Below, in pieces: positions 11,159 to 24,137 of a DNA stretch of 64,000 bases. The notes under the pieces are model-generated. The model searched no databases, was not told the DNA's origin, and saw only the letters and a program-made list of their open reading frames with translations. The translations under genes and the position numbers were made by a program. The stretch's first letter is position 1, and the number at the start of each line of letters is the position of its first letter. Source of the stretch: Macrostomum lignano (lineage: Eukaryota); assembly GCA_002269645.1 (NCBI GenBank), contig NIVC01002407.1:84233-148232 (forward strand). Direction: 5' to 3'.

Positions 11159-14100
11159 TCAGGCCTCCCCAAATGCTCTCTGTATGGTGGGTCCATTCGC
11201 CTTGATGTAGGCAGAGTGATCGGCCATCGCCCGGTCCCGATACGAGGCCGGCAGAGCGCCTGAAAAATGGTTGCATGCAGGATACACAAAAATGATGGTT
11301 TATTTGGCGCTAATAATTTATGACATTAGTTTATCTTATTTGGCCCATTGTGGCCAATTAGTTAGTAGCGGCCTTAATTCAATTAAGTACACGAAGAACT
11401 ATATGAAATGAAACTTTTTTATTTCTAAGAAGAAGCCGAATGCTCACCGCCAGACTCAGACTGCGGCAGCTGGCTCTCCAGTATCTGGTAGGTCTTCGGC
11501 TTCACATTCTTGTAGACTGGCCCGCCCTGCCCCCTGTTGGACTTCGAGGACACCTGGCCGCCGTTGATCGACGTTACTGGGTGCACCGCGGCGGCGGCGG
11601 GTGGCGGTGAAGCGGCCGCGGCAGCAGCGGCTTGGCGCCCTGCCGCTGTAGCTCCGTAAGCCGCCACGTTGAATGCCCGCCTGGGTTGTTCCAGAGATGA
11701 TGTATGATGATTTCAAAAGTTGTCAGATTCAGTTAGGGGCATGAAGTCCCCGGGCTCGAATCGCACGAAAATTGGCTTTGTCGAGCGATTCTTGCCCGTG
11801 TGGGCCTATCTTCGACTCGCGGGTATAGTTCATAAGTTTGTGTTGATTCTTTCCTTCTTTGTAAATATTTTTACGTAGTTTCTTTCCACGTGGAGTCATT
11901 CTATACGAGCAGTCCCAGAGTCCCGCATTATAAAAACTTGTGCATTAGTGCAATCGATTCTTCAAAGTAACTAAAACTTTATTAGGTCAACTAAACGTCC
12001 ATAGACTTCTACAGTCGAGAAGTCCGTGTTAAACACGCTAAATTTTCGTTATTTTCCGTCGTCTTTTATTCTACAAGAAATCCTGGGATGCTGATGAATG
12101 GAGGCTGCCTTCGTCCGTTCTCAAGACAGCGTTTTCACGAGAACCATCAGAGAGAGAGGCGTAGAGCTCGATAAAAATGGAATGCTTTGTTCCACCTATC
12201 TTTTGTGCAGGGGTCTAAAAGTTGAAGAACGATGGCCCAGCCCAAGATGGAGCACTTGATTTCGTACTTAAGACGTGCACGTGCATTTTTCTACAATAAG
12301 AAAAAGGTCAAGAATCTTTTGCTTCAAGCTGCCAAGAGCTCCGTGTCAGCAGCATGCCAGAGTTTCTCTCTAAATTTTTCCGTCTCCATACTTCACACTT
12401 CTCCATACTCCAAATTAATGACTTAGAGATATTTACTTATTAAAGTACAAGTTATATCAGTTAATAACGACAGTGCAAGCAATTTGGAGGCAGGGATGCA
12501 ACAAATTTAAATTTGACACGTGCAGACTGAAAATTTCAATGGCGGTACGAGCTATGGAATCGGTAGATTGTGCATATGGTTTTGAAGGTAGACAATGATT
12601 TGGGTGAGTTCGAATAAGTTTAAAATTAATTAAAATTATTCTTCTGAGTGCCACTTTAACGTACTCAGTAAAACAAAACAGATGACAATATTTTAAATAA
12701 CAGACTGGATATGTGTTTATAAATAGCGTTTTTGGGACTATAAAGAACTGTTTAAATATTTTCAACTAGTTTATAGTCAGTCTAAACCAGTTTTTTCTTT
12801 TTGAGACTGTAAATTATAGTATAGCTATCGATAAAGTGAAAAATCATAAAAAATTATTATTTAGTAACTTTTTTACGACTAGCTAGTCTTAATCTTTTAA
12901 AGTAATATAATCATCATGAGCACTCCAAATACCAATTTAAATGACTTTTATTGATGTGTTACAATCCAATTCGAGAAAGGAGGTACAGTTTTTCGATAAT
13001 TTATTCGATATATTCTATATTGGATAAAATTAAATAAATACAATAACTTTAAATTGTTGCGTGTCACTGTCCACTTGGACAGATATATTAACTAAGTAAT
13101 TTAGACTGGTATTTGGTATGCTTAGAATGAGTATTCACCTTTAAAGATTAATAGCTCGTACTAGTAGTCGAAAAATATGTTACTTAAGCATTATTGGTTA
13201 TAGTGTTATTGTTTTTCACATATTAATTTATTATCATTTACAGTCTTAAATTTACAGGTCTCGGCAAACATGCGGCCCATGAAGCCTCTCTATCCGGCCC
13301 TCGGGTCCTTTGAAATTCACAGTGGGAATCCGGCCCGCTCAAGGTTTGTGTCTCTTCTCAGCTCTCTTTCTCTCACCTCTTCTCTCTCTCCTCTTCTCTC
13401 TCCTCTCTCCCCGTCTCTCCTCTGCTCTCTCTTCTCCCTCCCCTCTCCTCTCCTCTCTTCCCTCTCTCTCCTCTCTTCCCACTCTCTCTTCTCTACCCGT
13501 CTCTCCTCTGCTCTCTCTTCTCCCTCCCCTCTCCTCTCCTCTCTTCCCTCTCTCTCATCTCTTCCCTCTCTCTCCTCTCTTCCCACTCTCTCCTCTCTCA
13601 CGATCTCTCCTCTTCTCTCTCTTCTCCTTCCCCTCTCCTCTCCTGTCTTCCTGTCTCTCCTCTCTTCCCGTCATTCCTCTTCTCTCTCTCTCCTTTTCTC
13701 GCCCTTTCTATCCTCATATCTTTTCTCTCATTTTATCTCTCATCTTTTATCCTCTCTACTTTCCATTCTCATTTCTTTCCATGGCCCGCAGCCATGAGCT
13801 GGATTTTCTATCTGGGTAAAAGGTTTGCCTCAAAAAAAGTCCCAAAAACGTGATTTGTAAACTCATATCGTCGAGTCTGTTAAATAAAATATTTTCATGT
13901 GTTTTCTGCTGACTACTTTAAACTAACACTTAAAATAATTTTAAGCCACTTTAAACTTACTCGAACCGCTTTGTTTTTCACGGGTAATGAAGCCAGGAGA
14001 GACGGAAATTAACCATTGTCTATGACGAAACCATATGCACAGGTGCATTGGGAGGTACAAATAAAAATTAAGAAAATCTCGTTAAGAAAGTATCCCAAGT

Positions 14101-17100
14101 CCAGAAAATCTTTAAAAGCTACGAGTTAAATAGTTTTGTCTACTTGCAAGACTTACTGGTGGGAGGTTTGTAAAGGGAAGCACCATGTCTACGGGGGCAA
14201 CCATAGCCTGGCCAGGAATGAGTAGCTACGTGGAATAAACAACGGTTATGACGCAAAAATTAACATAGAGTCCTAATTTTCTGAACGAAAAGCTTTATGA
14301 ATATCGATAGAGCTATAAGAAAGGCACAACATATCAAAAGATGAACATTGGGTCTGCCTCCTATCAAAAGCAATAACAAATTTGTTCGAGCATTCGAGCA
14401 GACAACTGTCCAAAGAGTTAAGTGAAGCAGAAGCCCAAGCAAAAGCAGGGGAGCAGAAGCAGAGGCTGAGTATAGAAGTGCAAGGTGCAGAATGCTGTTC
14501 CCTGATGCACGCCATGACGCCAATCTCTTTAGCAGCAAACGACTATAGAGGCCGGGACTGCTGAGCTATCAAAGTGTAATCTCCATCTTCTGTTGACTGT
14601 TTGCAGGACAAAGCAACTCCTCATGGTCTCCGTTGATTGCTGGAGAAAATGCTCAGTTAGCAAAAACACACATATGTTCCTCAGTAAATCGATGCAGCTT
14701 TTAAATGTGTGTCATGCTGCGAATTCTGTCGCCTGAGGGATGTGTTTTTTCTGCTTCCTACGTGTGCAAACACTTTTATCGACAGGGCCGCGCCATTGAA
14801 AATTCTGCATCTGAGCTTTAGGAGAAGCAGGGACTACTCGAGTAGATGGACGGGAAACTACGTTTCTTGGAAAATTTTTGAGGCTTTTTTTTCAAAAAAA
14901 TACATTACGGAGATAGGAGGTTTTCGTTTTTCTCGGCACAAAATTGTTATTGCTTTTGATAGGAGGGAGACCCAATGTTTATATTTTGACATGAGTTGCC
15001 TATCTTATTGCTCTATTGATATTCATAAAGCTTTTCGTTTAGAAGATTAGGATTCCATGTTAATTTTAAATCCTACGTACAATCGTACATGTATATGCAC
15101 TGTGCCTAAAAATAAAAATATGGCACAGCTCGACTCATTGGTTTTTGAAATCGATTTTATCATTCTAGTTTAATGACAAACTGTGTAACTGAATGATAAA
15201 ACAGACTTCTAAAACCAATGAGTTGAGTTGAGCCACTTTGAAATAATTTTTTTCCATGGAACATGTTTGATAGCATGTTAAGTAAATAATAAACGTCGTT
15301 TAATTCACATTCTGTGGTTGGAATGTCCGAGGCTGCATTTAATGGTCCCGAGGCGAGCAAAGCGAGCCGAGGACCATTGATTGTAGCCGAGGATATTCTA
15401 ACCATAGACTATGGTGAATTAAGCGGCGTTTATCATATATGAACTTCGATATCTTATTTTTCGGGGGCATCCCATCTGATTGATAGACATTATAGGCTTA
15501 GGCCATTTGATTCCGACCATAGACAAATCAAATACGTTTCTCACGAAGATGCAGTCACGAAGCAGCCAGTCAATCAGTGGTGGCAAAAAGTAAAAGCCAA
15601 ATTCAGAGTCGCTTCTTCTTCAAAATAGAATCAAAAATACAATATGGAAGGCTTAGAAGACCTCAATTTTGACGCTTTTTTTGCTGCTGTCGGAATAGAG
15701 TCGACAACTCGAGCTTCTGCTGAGTCCCTGGACGAAGCTGCTCTAAAAAAAAGAATCGAAGAAAGTTTGCCTGCCGCTACCCGAGCGAAGGAAAAATGGG
15801 CAATGAAGTTATTTAATCTATGGAAGGAGACGCGCGTCAATCGTCAATTGGCAGGCGAAGAGTCGGGACTTATGGTTCTCAAGCCAACCTCCTAATTAAT
15901 ATGATTAACCTCCTATCTCTGAATTTTGGTAAAACCTGCCTCCGAAAATTGTCCAAGAATCGTAGTTCCCTTCCTTCTACTTGAATAGTCCATTTGGACA
16001 AGGTGCTCGCGGGAACTCAAGTATATAGTTGGATCTCGGGAAAAGTGCAATTTTTATTCATACAAGAAAATCCTGACATGAAAATCTCGCGAGAAAAATT
16101 TATATTTTTATTCATTAAAAAACACGACATTCTCGCTTTCTAGAAAGAAAAAGGTTTTTTATTCTTATTCATACCACCCAATGATTTCGATGCGTTGAAT
16201 AAACAGCATATACAGTAGGGGCAATGGTTATCAAATTTGCATAGGTGCAATTGACTTCCACTTGTAAAAGTTCAGAAAAAAGATAAAAAACTCAGTTGGA
16301 ATACATTCCGCGTGAAGCGACGCAACATAACTATATAATGTAAGGCCCATTGTGAATTTCTTATTGTTGGACCATCACAAAATCAAATGCGGTGTTTAAT
16401 ACAGCGTTACTAAGAACTCCACTTGGCAACAAAAACACTCCTTGGATTTTAACGTCTCAGCACTCCCTTCTCCTTGGCATCTCAACCTTCTCCTTGGCAT
16501 CTCAACCTTCTCCTTGGCATCTCAACCTTCTCCTTGGCATCTCAACCTTCTCCTTGGCATCTCAACCTTCTCCTTGGCATCTCAACCTTCTCCTTGGCAT
16601 CTCAACCTTCTCCTTGGCATCTCAACCTTCTCCTTGGCATCTCAACCTTCTCCTTGGCATCTCAACCTTCTCCGTGGCATCTCAACCTTCTCCTTGGCAT
16701 CTCAACCTTCTCCTTGGCATCTCAACCTTCTCCTTGGCATCTCAACCTTCTCCTTGGCATCTCAACCTTCTCCTTGGCATCTCAACCTTCTCATTGGCAT
16801 CTCAACCTTCTCCTTGGCATCTCAACCTTCTCCTTGGCATCTCAACCTTCTCCTTGGCATCTCAACCTTCTCCTTGGCATCTCAACCTTCTCCTTGGCAT
16901 CTCAACCTTCTCATTGGCATCTCAACCTTCTCCTTGGCATCTCAACCTTCTCCTTGGCATCTCAACCTTCTCCTTGGCATCTCAACCTTCTCCTTGGCAT
17001 CTCAACCTTCTCCTTGGCATCTCAACCTTCTCCTTGGCATCTCAACATTCTCCGTGGCATCTCAACCTTCTCCGTGGCATCTCAACCTTCTCCTTGGCAT

Positions 17101-20100
17101 CTCAACCTTCTCCTTGGCATCTCAACCTTCTCCGTGGCATCTCAACATTCTCCGTGGCATCTCAACCTTCTCCGTGGCATCTCAACCTTCTCCGTGGCAT
17201 CTCAACATTCTCCTTGGCATCTCAACCTTCTCCTTGGCATCTCAACCTTCTCCTTGGCATCTCAACCTTCTCCTTGGCATCTCAACCTTCTCCTTGGCAT
17301 CTCAACCTTCTCCTTGTCATCTCAACCTTCTCATTGGCATCTCATCTCTCCCTTCTCCTTGGCATCTCAACCTTCTCCTTGGCATCTCAACCTTCTCCTT
17401 GGCATCTCAACCTTCTCCTTGGCATCTCAACCTTCTCATTGGCATCTCATCTCTCCCTTCTCCTTGGCATCTCAACCTTCTCCTTGGCATCTCAACCTTC
17501 TCCTTGGCATCTCAACCTTCTCCTTGGCATCTCAACCTTCTCCGTGGCATCTCAACCTTCTCCTTGGCATCTCAACCTTCTCCTTGGCATCTCAACCTTC
17601 TCCGTGGCATCTCAACCTTCTCCTTGGCATCTCAACCTTCTCCTTGGCATCTCAACCTTCTCCTTGGCATCTCAACCTTCTCCTTGGCATCTCAACCTTC
17701 TCCTTGGCATCTCAACCTTCTCCTTGGCATCTCAACCTTCTCCTTGGCATCTCAACCTTCTCCTTGGCATCTCAACCTTCTCCGTGGCATCTCAACCTTC
17801 TCCTTGGCATCTCAACCTTCTCCTTGGCATCTCAACCTTCTCATTGGCATCTCAACCTTCTCCTTGGCATCTCAACCTTCTCCTTGGCATCTCAACCTTC
17901 TCCTTGGCATCTCAACCTTCTCCTTGGCATCTCAACCTTCTCCTTGGCATCTCAACCTTCTCCTTGGCATCTCAACATTCTCCGTGGCATCTCAACCTTC
18001 TCCGTGGCATCTCAACCTTCTCCTTGGCATCTCAACCTTCTCCTTGGCATCTCAACCTTCTCCGTGGCATCTCAACATTCTCCGTGGCATCTCAACCTTC
18101 TCCGTGGCATCTCAACATTCTCCGTGGCATCTCAACATTCTCCTTGGCATCTCAACCTTCTCCTTGGCATCTCAACCTTCTCCTTGGCATCTCAACCTTC
18201 TCCTTGGCATCTCAACCTTCTCCTTGGCATCTCAACCTTCTCCTTGTCATCTCAACCTTCTCATTGGCATCTCATCTCTCCCTTCTCCTTGGCATCTCAA
18301 CCTTCTCCTTGGCATCTCAACCTTCTCCTTGGCATCTCAACCTTCTCCTTGGCATCTCAACCTTCTCATTGGCATCTCATCTCTCCCTTCTCCTTGGCAT
18401 CTCAACCTTCTCCTTGGCATCTCAACCTTCTCCTTGGCATCTCAACCTTCTCATTGGCATCTCAACCTTCTCCTTGGCATCTCAACCTTCTCCTTGTCAT
18501 CTCAACCTTCTCATTGGCATCTCATCTCTCCCTTCTCCTTGGCATCTCAACCTTCTCCTTGGCATCTCAACCTTCTCCTTGGCATCTCAACCTTCTCCTT
18601 GGCATCTCAACCTTCTCATTGGCATCTCATCTCTCCCTTCTCCTTGGCATCTCAACCTTCTCCTTGGCATCTCAACCTTCTCCTTGGCATCTCAACCTTC
18701 TCCTTGGCATCTCAACCTTCTCCTTGGCATCTCAACCTTCTCCTTGGCATCTCAACCTTCTCCTTGGCATCTCAACCTTCTCATTGGCATCTCAACCTTC
18801 TCCTTGGCATCTCAACCTTCTCCTTGGCATCTCAACCTTCTCATTGGCATCTCAACCTTCTCATTGGCATCTCATCTCTCCCTTCTCCTTGGCATCTCAA
18901 CCTTCTCCTTGGCATCTCAACCTTCTCCTTGGCATCTCAACCTTCTCCTTGGCATCTCAACCTTCTCCTTGGCATCTCAACCTTCTCCTTGGCATCTCAA
19001 CCTTCTCCTTGTCATCTCAACCTTCTCATTGGCATCTCATCTCTCCCTTCTCCTTGGCATCTCAACCTTCTCCTTGGCATCTCAACCTTCTCCTTGGCAT
19101 CTCAACCTTCTCCTTGGCATCTCAACCTTCTCCTTGGCATCTCAACCTTCTCCTTGGCATCTCAACCTTCTCCTTGGCATCTCAACCTTCTCCTTGGCAT
19201 CTCAACCTTCTCCTTGGCATCTCAACCTTCTCCTTGGCATCTCAACCTTCTCCTTGGCATCTCAACCTTCTCCTTGGCATCTCAACCTTCTCCTTGGCAT
19301 CTCAACCTTCTCCTTGGCATCTCAACCTTCTCCTTGGCATCTCAACCTTCTCCTTGGCATCTCAACCTTCTCCTTGGCATCTCAACCTTCTCATTGGCAT
19401 CTCAACCTTCTCCTTGGCATCTCAACCTTCTCCTTGTCATCTCAACCTTCTCATTGGCATCTCATCTCTCCCTTCTCCTTGGCATCTCAACCTTCTCCTT
19501 GGCATCTCAACCTTCTCCTTGGCATCTCAACCTTCTCCTTGGCATCTCAACCTTCTCATTGGCATCTCATCTCTCCCTTCTCCTTGGCATCTCAACCTTC
19601 TCCTTGGCATCTCAACCTTCTCCTTGGCATCTCAACCTTCTCCTTGGCATCTCAACCTTCTCCTTGGCATCTCAACCTTCTCCTTGGCATCTCAACCTTC
19701 TCCTTGGCATCTCAACCTTCTCATTGGCATCTCAACCTTCTCCTTGGCATCTCAACCTTCTCCTTGGCATCTCAACCTTCTCCTTGGCATCTCAACCTTC
19801 TCATTGGCATCTCATCTCTCCCTTCTCCTTGGCATCTCAACCTTCTCCTTGGCATCTCAACCTTCTCCTTGGCATCTCAACCTTCTCCTTGGCATCTCAA
19901 CCTTCTCATTGGCATCTCCTCTCTCCCTTCTCCTTGGCATCTCAACCTTCTCCTTGGCATCTCAACCTTCTCCTTGGCATCTCAACCTTCTCCGTGGCAT
20001 CTCAACCTTCTCCGTGGCATCTCAACCTTCTCCTTGGCATCTCAACATTCTCCGTGGCATCTCAACCTTCTCCGTGGCATCTCAACATTCTCCTTGGCAT

Positions 20101-21210
20101 CTCAACCTTCTCCTTGGCATCTCAACCTTCTCCTTGGCATCTCAACCTTCTCCTTGGCATCTCAACCTTCTCCTTGGCATCTCAACCTTCTCCTTGGCAT
20201 CTCAGCCCATTTCCTTGGCATCTCAGCCCATATCCTTGGCATCTCAGCCCATATCCTTGGCATCTCAGCCCATATCCTTGGCATCTCAGCCCATATCCTT
20301 GGCATCTCAGCCCATATCCTTGGCATCTCAGCCCATATCCTTGGCATCTCAGCCCATATCCTTGGCATCTCAGCCCATATCCTTGGCATCTCAGCCCATA
20401 TCCTTGGCATCTCAGCCCATATCCTTGGCATCTCAGCCCATATCCTTGGCATCTCAGCCCATATCCTTGGCATCTCAGCATTCAGTGGCGAGTTCCTGAC
20501 TCCCTGTCACTCACTTCTTTACTGTGAAGTCCAACTCGTTCCCGGCTCTGAGCACCTCGGCTTTGACCTGCGAGTGAGCGAATCCGGAACAATAGGTCTG
20601 ATTGATTTTCACGATGACATCGCCTGGCTCCAGACCGCACTTGTGGGCCACGCTGTTGCGGGTGATCTGCGAGTGATGGGGTTGAGGGTGTCAGTGCTCT
20701 GGTTGAGGGTGTCAGTGCTCCGGTTGAGGGTGTCAGTGCTCCGGTTGAGGGTGTCAGTGCTCTGGTTGAGGGTGCCAGTGTTCCGATTGAGGGTGTCAGT
20801 ATTCCGGTTGAGGGTGTCAGTGCTCTGGTTGAGGGTGTCAGTATTCCGGTTGAGGGTGTCAGTGCTCTGGTTGAGGGTGTCAGTATTCCGGTTGAGGGTG
20901 TCAGTGCTCTGGTTGAGGGTGTCAGTGTTCCGGTTGAGGGTGTCAGTGCTCTGGTTGAGGGTGTCAGTGTTCTGGTTGAGGGTGTCAGTGCTCTGGTTGA
21001 GGGTGTCAGTGTTCCGATTGAGGGTGTCAGTGCTCTGGTTGAGGGTGTCAGCGCTCTGCGGGTAGGTGTGTCAGAGACCTGGCCACCAACCTTGTGCACG
21101 AACACGGGCAGGTCAAAGTCGGTCCCACCCTGCAGCGCGAAGCCCCACGCCTTGTCGCTGGTGTACCTGCGAAGCGACACCACGGTGAGTAGGTCTTCCA
21201 GCTGGCTCAT
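11159..21210 (-). CDS. PDZ-domain protein, PDLIM/Zasp-like N-terminus, no LIM domain, about 201 aa; exons 21210-21091, 20666-20515, 11680-11448, 11259-11159
   Basis: All junctions GT-AG with phases 0, 2, 1 matching; PDZ = VSLRRYTSDKAWGFALQGGTDFDLPVFVHK|ITRNSVAHKCGLEPGDVIVKIN...HSQVKAEVLRAGNELDFTVK; then an Ala/Pro-rich linker, VKPKTYQILESQL and a TGA stop at 11159-11161. Confidence 0.85.
13255..13829. mobile_element. Possible decayed hAT-type non-autonomous element with CT-rich core
   Basis: Starts CAGGTCTCGGCAAAC, ends GTTTGCC; repeated CGGCCC motifs; CT-rich 13358-13700; similar motifs at 5205-5480. No TSD seen. Confidence 0.3.
14256..15067. mobile_element. Old MITE or non-autonomous DNA transposon with about 128-bp diverged inverted repeats
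   Basis: 14256-14383 is the imperfect reverse complement of 14941-15067. Confidence 0.7.
15644..15895 (+). pseudogene. Truncated ORF resembling the N-terminus of DUF3504/Crypton-type proteins
   Basis: LPAATRAKEKWAMKLFNLWKETR resembles the NT..T.WA...F..W motif from memory of that family; no downstream recombinase seen. Confidence 0.4.
16466..20479. repeat. 4-kb satellite: 20-bp GGCATCTCAACCTTCTCCTT (to about 20196), switching to 21-bp GGCATCTCAGCCCATATCCTT (about 13 copies)
   Basis: Direct periodicity; lies in intron 2 of the PDZ gene. Confidence 0.98.
20678..21060. repeat. 21-bp minisatellite (GGTTGAGGGTGTCAGTGCTCT) filling PDZ-gene intron 1
   Basis: About 18 copies between exon boundaries 20666 and 21091. 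Confidence 0.95.
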
Positions 21211-21650
21211 GCTGGCAGTGAGCTGCAATATTATGCCGAACTTTGCAAGGGATTTCTTCTGGAAGTGGGAAAAACTCGCATGTGTTTCTGAAGCCGGTTT
21301 TTATAATGCCAGCATCGATTGGCGCAGCTGGTTCCTGACTCTCTCCACCCTCTCCGCTTCGTCCGATTCTCCTGCACTCCAGCTGCGTAGGTGGCCCATA
21401 GACATTTCGCTCTGTTTGCACTTTAACTAGAAAAAATGCACAGCTGCCATGGCGGGTCGCTGAAGCCTCTCTGCCCCCTCCCCCTATTTCTTTCCTCTCC
21501 GCTCTGCTTCCCGTATGCGAATGGAAATGTCAAGCGCGAATCTACATGGACTACAGCACGCCACTGCTTAAGCAACAAAGTCGTCTTCCCAACCAGTTTT
21601 ACAGCGGGCGAGCAAGTACTGCTTTGACTCTACATCCGGTGTCTTACTAA

Positions 21651-21799
<149 letters not shown>

Positions 21800-22975
21800 G
21801 TGATAAATAGGCAATTAGATAATAGCATGCACGGTAAGCAATTATTTAGGCCCTAGACAAACCTACTTGGAGCGTTTGGAGATTTTAAAGCTATTAATCC
21901 TAATCGCCTATCGCCGGTCGGCGAGTCCTACCAGTCTTTCTCCAATAGCCGCAGGTACAGTACAAGAAAAGAAAGAACACGAGGGAACACAAACCGAAAG
22001 ATTTAGAGAGTGATAATCCTATGTGATACAACTGATAATTGGCTAGACGGTTTAATTTGATTACTCAAGTTACAGGATTCAAGCAAATTCGCGACGCAGA
22101 TAATTAGACTGATGATAACGAATAATAACGATTAATAATAATGATTATATTACGCACTGACAAGCGGATCTCAGCTTGAAGAAGAAGGAGAAGAACCGAA
22201 CACGACCACGGAGAAGACTCCTAACCCCTGGCCTAAGCCAGAACCTACTCTCAAACGAGAGCCCTGCCGAATCGACCGTTCAACGGAGTACCGACTAAAT
22301 TCTATTGGCACTGCCCTTCAGTGTAACACTGAGGCCCTCGGGGTCGAGGCCGCGTACTTGATCAGATCCGACAGTCTCTATCTAACCGCGCTTGATAGCG
22401 ACGACTTCAGACAGAAATTTGCCGTAGACGTTACGCCACAAGACTACTGCGGTTGGGCGGGGACAAAGATATGGACCGGGGGTGATAAATTCAGGCGCCT
22501 CAAAGCGCGAACCAAAGGGAAACAGCTAGGCCACCGGCCGGGAGACAAGACAAAACCGGGGAAAGAGAGCAAGCGAGATCCGATTGCCAAAACACACTTT
22601 CATTTATAGTCAGAGTCACAACCCCTCAAAACCCCCCTCAAGCCGGGTGGTGGTCGTCTGGCCGGCCGCTCGATAAGCCGATTTGCACTGTGCCCGCGGC
22701 GCCGGGTAGAATTGAAACTTGCCGCGTGCCAGGGTCCAGGCCGGTTCTGATTGGCTGACCGCGCAAAGCTGGGGTTCGCAGACAAACTCAACCCTCCGCT
22801 GAGTCACAAAATTGGCGTCTAACTCTAACCTGTTTACGCAAAATTGATTCCAACTAACAAGGAAAAAGTACACCAAAAACGTATGACTAAACTAAAGCAA
22901 AATAATAATTCAATAACAATATAGAAACTAATGCAGTCAATTTACAACAAAATATACGCAAAGATGCTCACACTA

Positions 22976-23318
<343 letters not shown>

Positions 23319-24137
23319 CCGTCCATTTAATAGTCATATTGAGTCTATTGAAAGAAAAATAGCAAGCTCATTGGCCTGATTGCAGGAGTCAGTCATGTGA
23401 TCCGGTTCAGCCTCATGATTCAGCGCTCCACCTGCATCTGGGATGTAACAGTCCAGTAGGCTGGGAAGATAATCCGGGAAAACACTGCCTGCCCCCTCCC
23501 CTAGACAAGTGCAGCTGCAGGCAGTGATACATGCCGCATAATACTGAGCCCCCTCCCTCCCCAATAACGACACGTAGAAAATCATTAAAATTTAAGTGCC
23601 AGCATAAATTTTCCAACCCTCCTCCTACTGCTTTGCCCGTAGTTGCCATGGCAACTCAAGCATACCGAAAATGCCGTCCCCATATCTGCGTAGCATATAG
23701 ATTCTAGAATCTAGATATATTGATGTTCATACGGCAGCGGAGCCCCCCCCCCATCTAACCATCACGATAGCTTTTTTCTGCAATCGCCCGAGAGACCAAC
23801 TAACGACGAGATTGTAAGTGTGAGAGAATTAGTGCGGCGTTACCACAAGGTCTATGGCTCTACCAGGGACCTCTACAATTTATTATCATAGATGGATAAA
23901 CAAATATCCAGGAATTCGCGGGTTGTCCATGGCCCAGACTAAGATAGGCTTTTAGCTTTGTACATCCGTTTGCTAGCATAGCACGACTAAAGCCATTGTT
24001 AATTTTTGTCAATCTAAGTGAGACAAAGGGTAAAAAAGATATTTGTAAAAAAGCTATCTATCTATCTTAGTATACTATGTTAGTGTTTCAACTTCAATGC
24101 TTGGCTATAATATAGTTCTTTGCAAGCCGTTTGATAC

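Noticed and set aside
12232-12765. Short ORFs in the AT-rich part of the PDZ intron
   Set aside because: No motifs and no splice phase needed; exon 2 joins exon 3 directly in frame
16466-20479. CRISPR-like regularity in this and the 28-bp arrays
   Set aside because: Units are contiguous with no unique spacers, no cas genes are present, and the context is eukaryotic
16392-21065. Three giant + strand ORFs (1557, 1361 and 1341 aa)
   Set aside because: Translations of a stop-free 20-bp satellite; the real gene here is on the minus strand
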